Source: an uncultured Chloroflexia bacterium (GTDB taxonomy: Bacteria > Chloroflexota > Limnocylindria > QHBO01). From it: DNA of 64,000 nt. A program made the translations under genes and the position numbers. Where the stretch lies: assembly GCA_963827475.1 (NCBI GenBank), contig CAWHAZ010000003.1, positions 90,151-154,150 of the forward strand, given 5' to 3'. The notes under the pieces are model-generated. The model was not told the DNA's origin. It did no database searches and worked only from the letters and a program-made list of their open reading frames with translations. Below are positions 62,459-64,000 of this stretch, one piece after another (positions within the stretch are counted from its first letter, which is position 1; the number at the start of each line of letters is the position of its first letter).

Positions 62459-63280
62459 GTGCCTGAGCTGCCGGACCTCGCCATCGTGGCCGAGGAGCTC
62501 GCACGGCGAGCGACCGGTCGGGAGATCGCGTCCGCCACGGCTCCTGCGCCCATCCTCCTGCGAGCCACGGGCGAGGACCTCGCAGCCCTCCCGGGGATGA
62601 CCCTCGGGCCGGCTTCGCGCCGCGGCAAGTTCCTCATCCTGCCGCTGCTCAGGAATGGCCGGGAAGAGCGACTCCTCCTGGCGAACCCGATGCTGGCCGG
62701 GCGGTTCTGGCTCCTCGATCGGCCCGGCGAGAAGGTCCGGGCTCGCACCGGACTCCGCCTGACCTTCACCGATGGCGGCGAGCTCCGCTACGTGGATCGC
62801 GAGATGCTCGGCAAGCTGTACCTCGTCGATCGCGCCCGCCTCGACGAGGTTCCCGGCTGGGCGGACATGGGTCCCGACGCGGATGACCCGGACCTGACCC
62901 TGGAGGTGTTCCGGGCCCGCATCCGCCGCCACCCCGGTGAGCTGAAGAACCTGTTGCGCAACCAGCATTTCGTGGCCGGGATCGGCAACGCCTACAGCGA
63001 CGAGATCCTGTGGACCGCCCGCCTCGCCCCCCTCCGGAAGCGGCGGACCCTGAGCCCCGAGGAAATCGACCACCTGTACGAGGCGATGCGCTCCGTGCTG
63101 GCGGATGCGACCCACCGGCTCCGCGACCTCGTTCCGCCGCATATCGAGGTCCAGAACCGCGAATTTCTGCAGGTCCACCTGCGCGGCGGGGAGCCGTGCC
63201 CGCGGTGCGGGAAGCCACTGCGCCAGATCGGCGGTGACGAGGCAACGACCTTCTGTCGGAGCTGTCAGCCCCCGTTCTAG
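62459..63280 (+). CDS. Fpg/Nei family DNA glycosylase/AP lyase
   Basis: N-terminal PELPDL, RRGKFL, H2TH motif LRNQHFVAGIGNAYSDEILW, Zn finger CPRCG..FCRSCQ; GTG at 62459. Confidence 0.9.
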   Translation: MPELPDLAIVAEELARRATGREIASATAPAPILLRATGEDLAALPGMTLGPASRRGKFLILPLLRNGREERLLLANPMLAGRFWLLDRPGEKVRARTGLRLTFTDGGELRYVDREMLGKLYLVDRARLDEVPGWADMGPDADDPDLTLEVFRARIRRHPGELKNLLRNQHFVAGIGNAYSDEILWTARLAPLRKRRTLSPEEIDHLYEAMRSVLADATHRLRDLVPPHIEVQNREFLQVHLRGGEPCPRCGKPLRQIGGDEATTFCRSCQPPF

Positions 63281-63961
63281 GGAATCGGAATGATCAGGAC
63301 CTGGCCCACCTGGATGATCTCGCTGGTCAGGCCGTTGGCGTCCATGATCGCCTGGGCGGTGGTCCCAAACCGGGCGGCGATGGCGTTCAGGGTGTCCCCC
63401 GACTGGACGATGTACGTGACCGGGGTTGGCGCCGGCGTCGGCGTGGGCGCTGGCGGGGGCGTGGGCGCAACCGATGCCGATGCGGACGGCTCGACCGATG
63501 CGGACGGCTCGGACGACGGCGAAGGACCGCCGGATGCCGAGGAGCGGGGCGTCGGTGATGCGTCGGAGGGACCCAGGATGGCGCCCAGGCCGCCCAGCCC
63601 GATCCAGGCCACAAGGAATCCGGTCAGCACCAGGCCGAGTACGAGCAGGGCGGCCGTCCCGAGCCGCCGCGGCCGCGGCCCGATCAGGGCGCGGGGCGCC
63701 GAATCCATGACCAGCCGGGTCGATGTGTAGGTGGCATCCGGCGCCGCGCCGCGCCAAGCCGGCCCGAGCGGCCCGAACTGCTCGACGTGGGCGACGTACC
63801 GCTCGCACGTCTCGTGGCGGCCGGTGAGGCAGAAGCGCGCCTGGTAGTCGCGCTCGATGGTGGTCAGCGTCCGCCCGCGGCACAGCGGTGCGCGGCGTCC
63901 GGGCTGCCCGAGACGACCCGGCGGTCACCGCCGAGGGTCAGCAGGGGCAGATGGGGTCCAC
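63277..63961 (-). CDS. Membrane-anchored LysM protein with a Cys/His-rich N-terminal domain (two apparent 1-nt deletions near 63945 and 63873)
   Basis: C-terminal YIVQSGDTLNAIAARFGTT..ANGL...IQVGQVLIIP; TM helix; Ser/Pro/Thr linker; upstream reading MDPICP..HRC..QARFCLTGRHETCERY. Confidence 0.75.
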
Positions 63962-64000
63962 GGGGCAAGGATACGAGGCTCTGGCGTCCGACCGGGGAGT

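Overview
High-GC (about 70%) bacterial chromosomal core region, almost entirely on the minus strand. The organism is inferred to be Chloroflexota (possibly Limnocylindria-like), from EF-Tu [10 protein letters not shown], the S10 PFI loop, Rpo[18 protein letters not shown], lineage insertions in RpoB/RpoC, and GlmL-like and Cys-rich LysM proteins. Reading right to left: lysM / fpg, rpsA, clpC, yacL (PIN-TRAM), ispDF, rlmB, tRNA-Thr/Tyr/Thr, a membrane protein, rpmG, tRNA-Trp, secE, nusG, rplKAJL, rpoBC, a three-gene insert (GT87, lipoprotein, Zn peptidase), the fused str-S10-spc operon, the alpha operon, truA, rplM, rpsI, cdaA-cdaR-glmM-glmS, acpS, nnrD, alr, an orphan GlmL-like ATPase plus partner, tsaE-tsaB-rimI-tsaD, rsmA, ispE, ridA and the start of glmU. 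No mobile elements, CRISPR arrays or rRNA were seen. Six genes carry apparent frameshifts, most likely consensus errors. Best leads: the mutase-less GlmL-like/partner module coupled into the alr-tsaE operon; long disordered acidic or basic tails on many ribosomal and transcription proteins; co-occurring substitutions at antibiotic-target sites (RpoB H526N, S12 K87P/G91A, proline-depleted L11); an atypical tRNA-Tyr with G37; candidate structured leaders of rpsA and rpsL; and a Zn-finger-TM-LysM protein. All calls come from reading the sequence; no searches were run.
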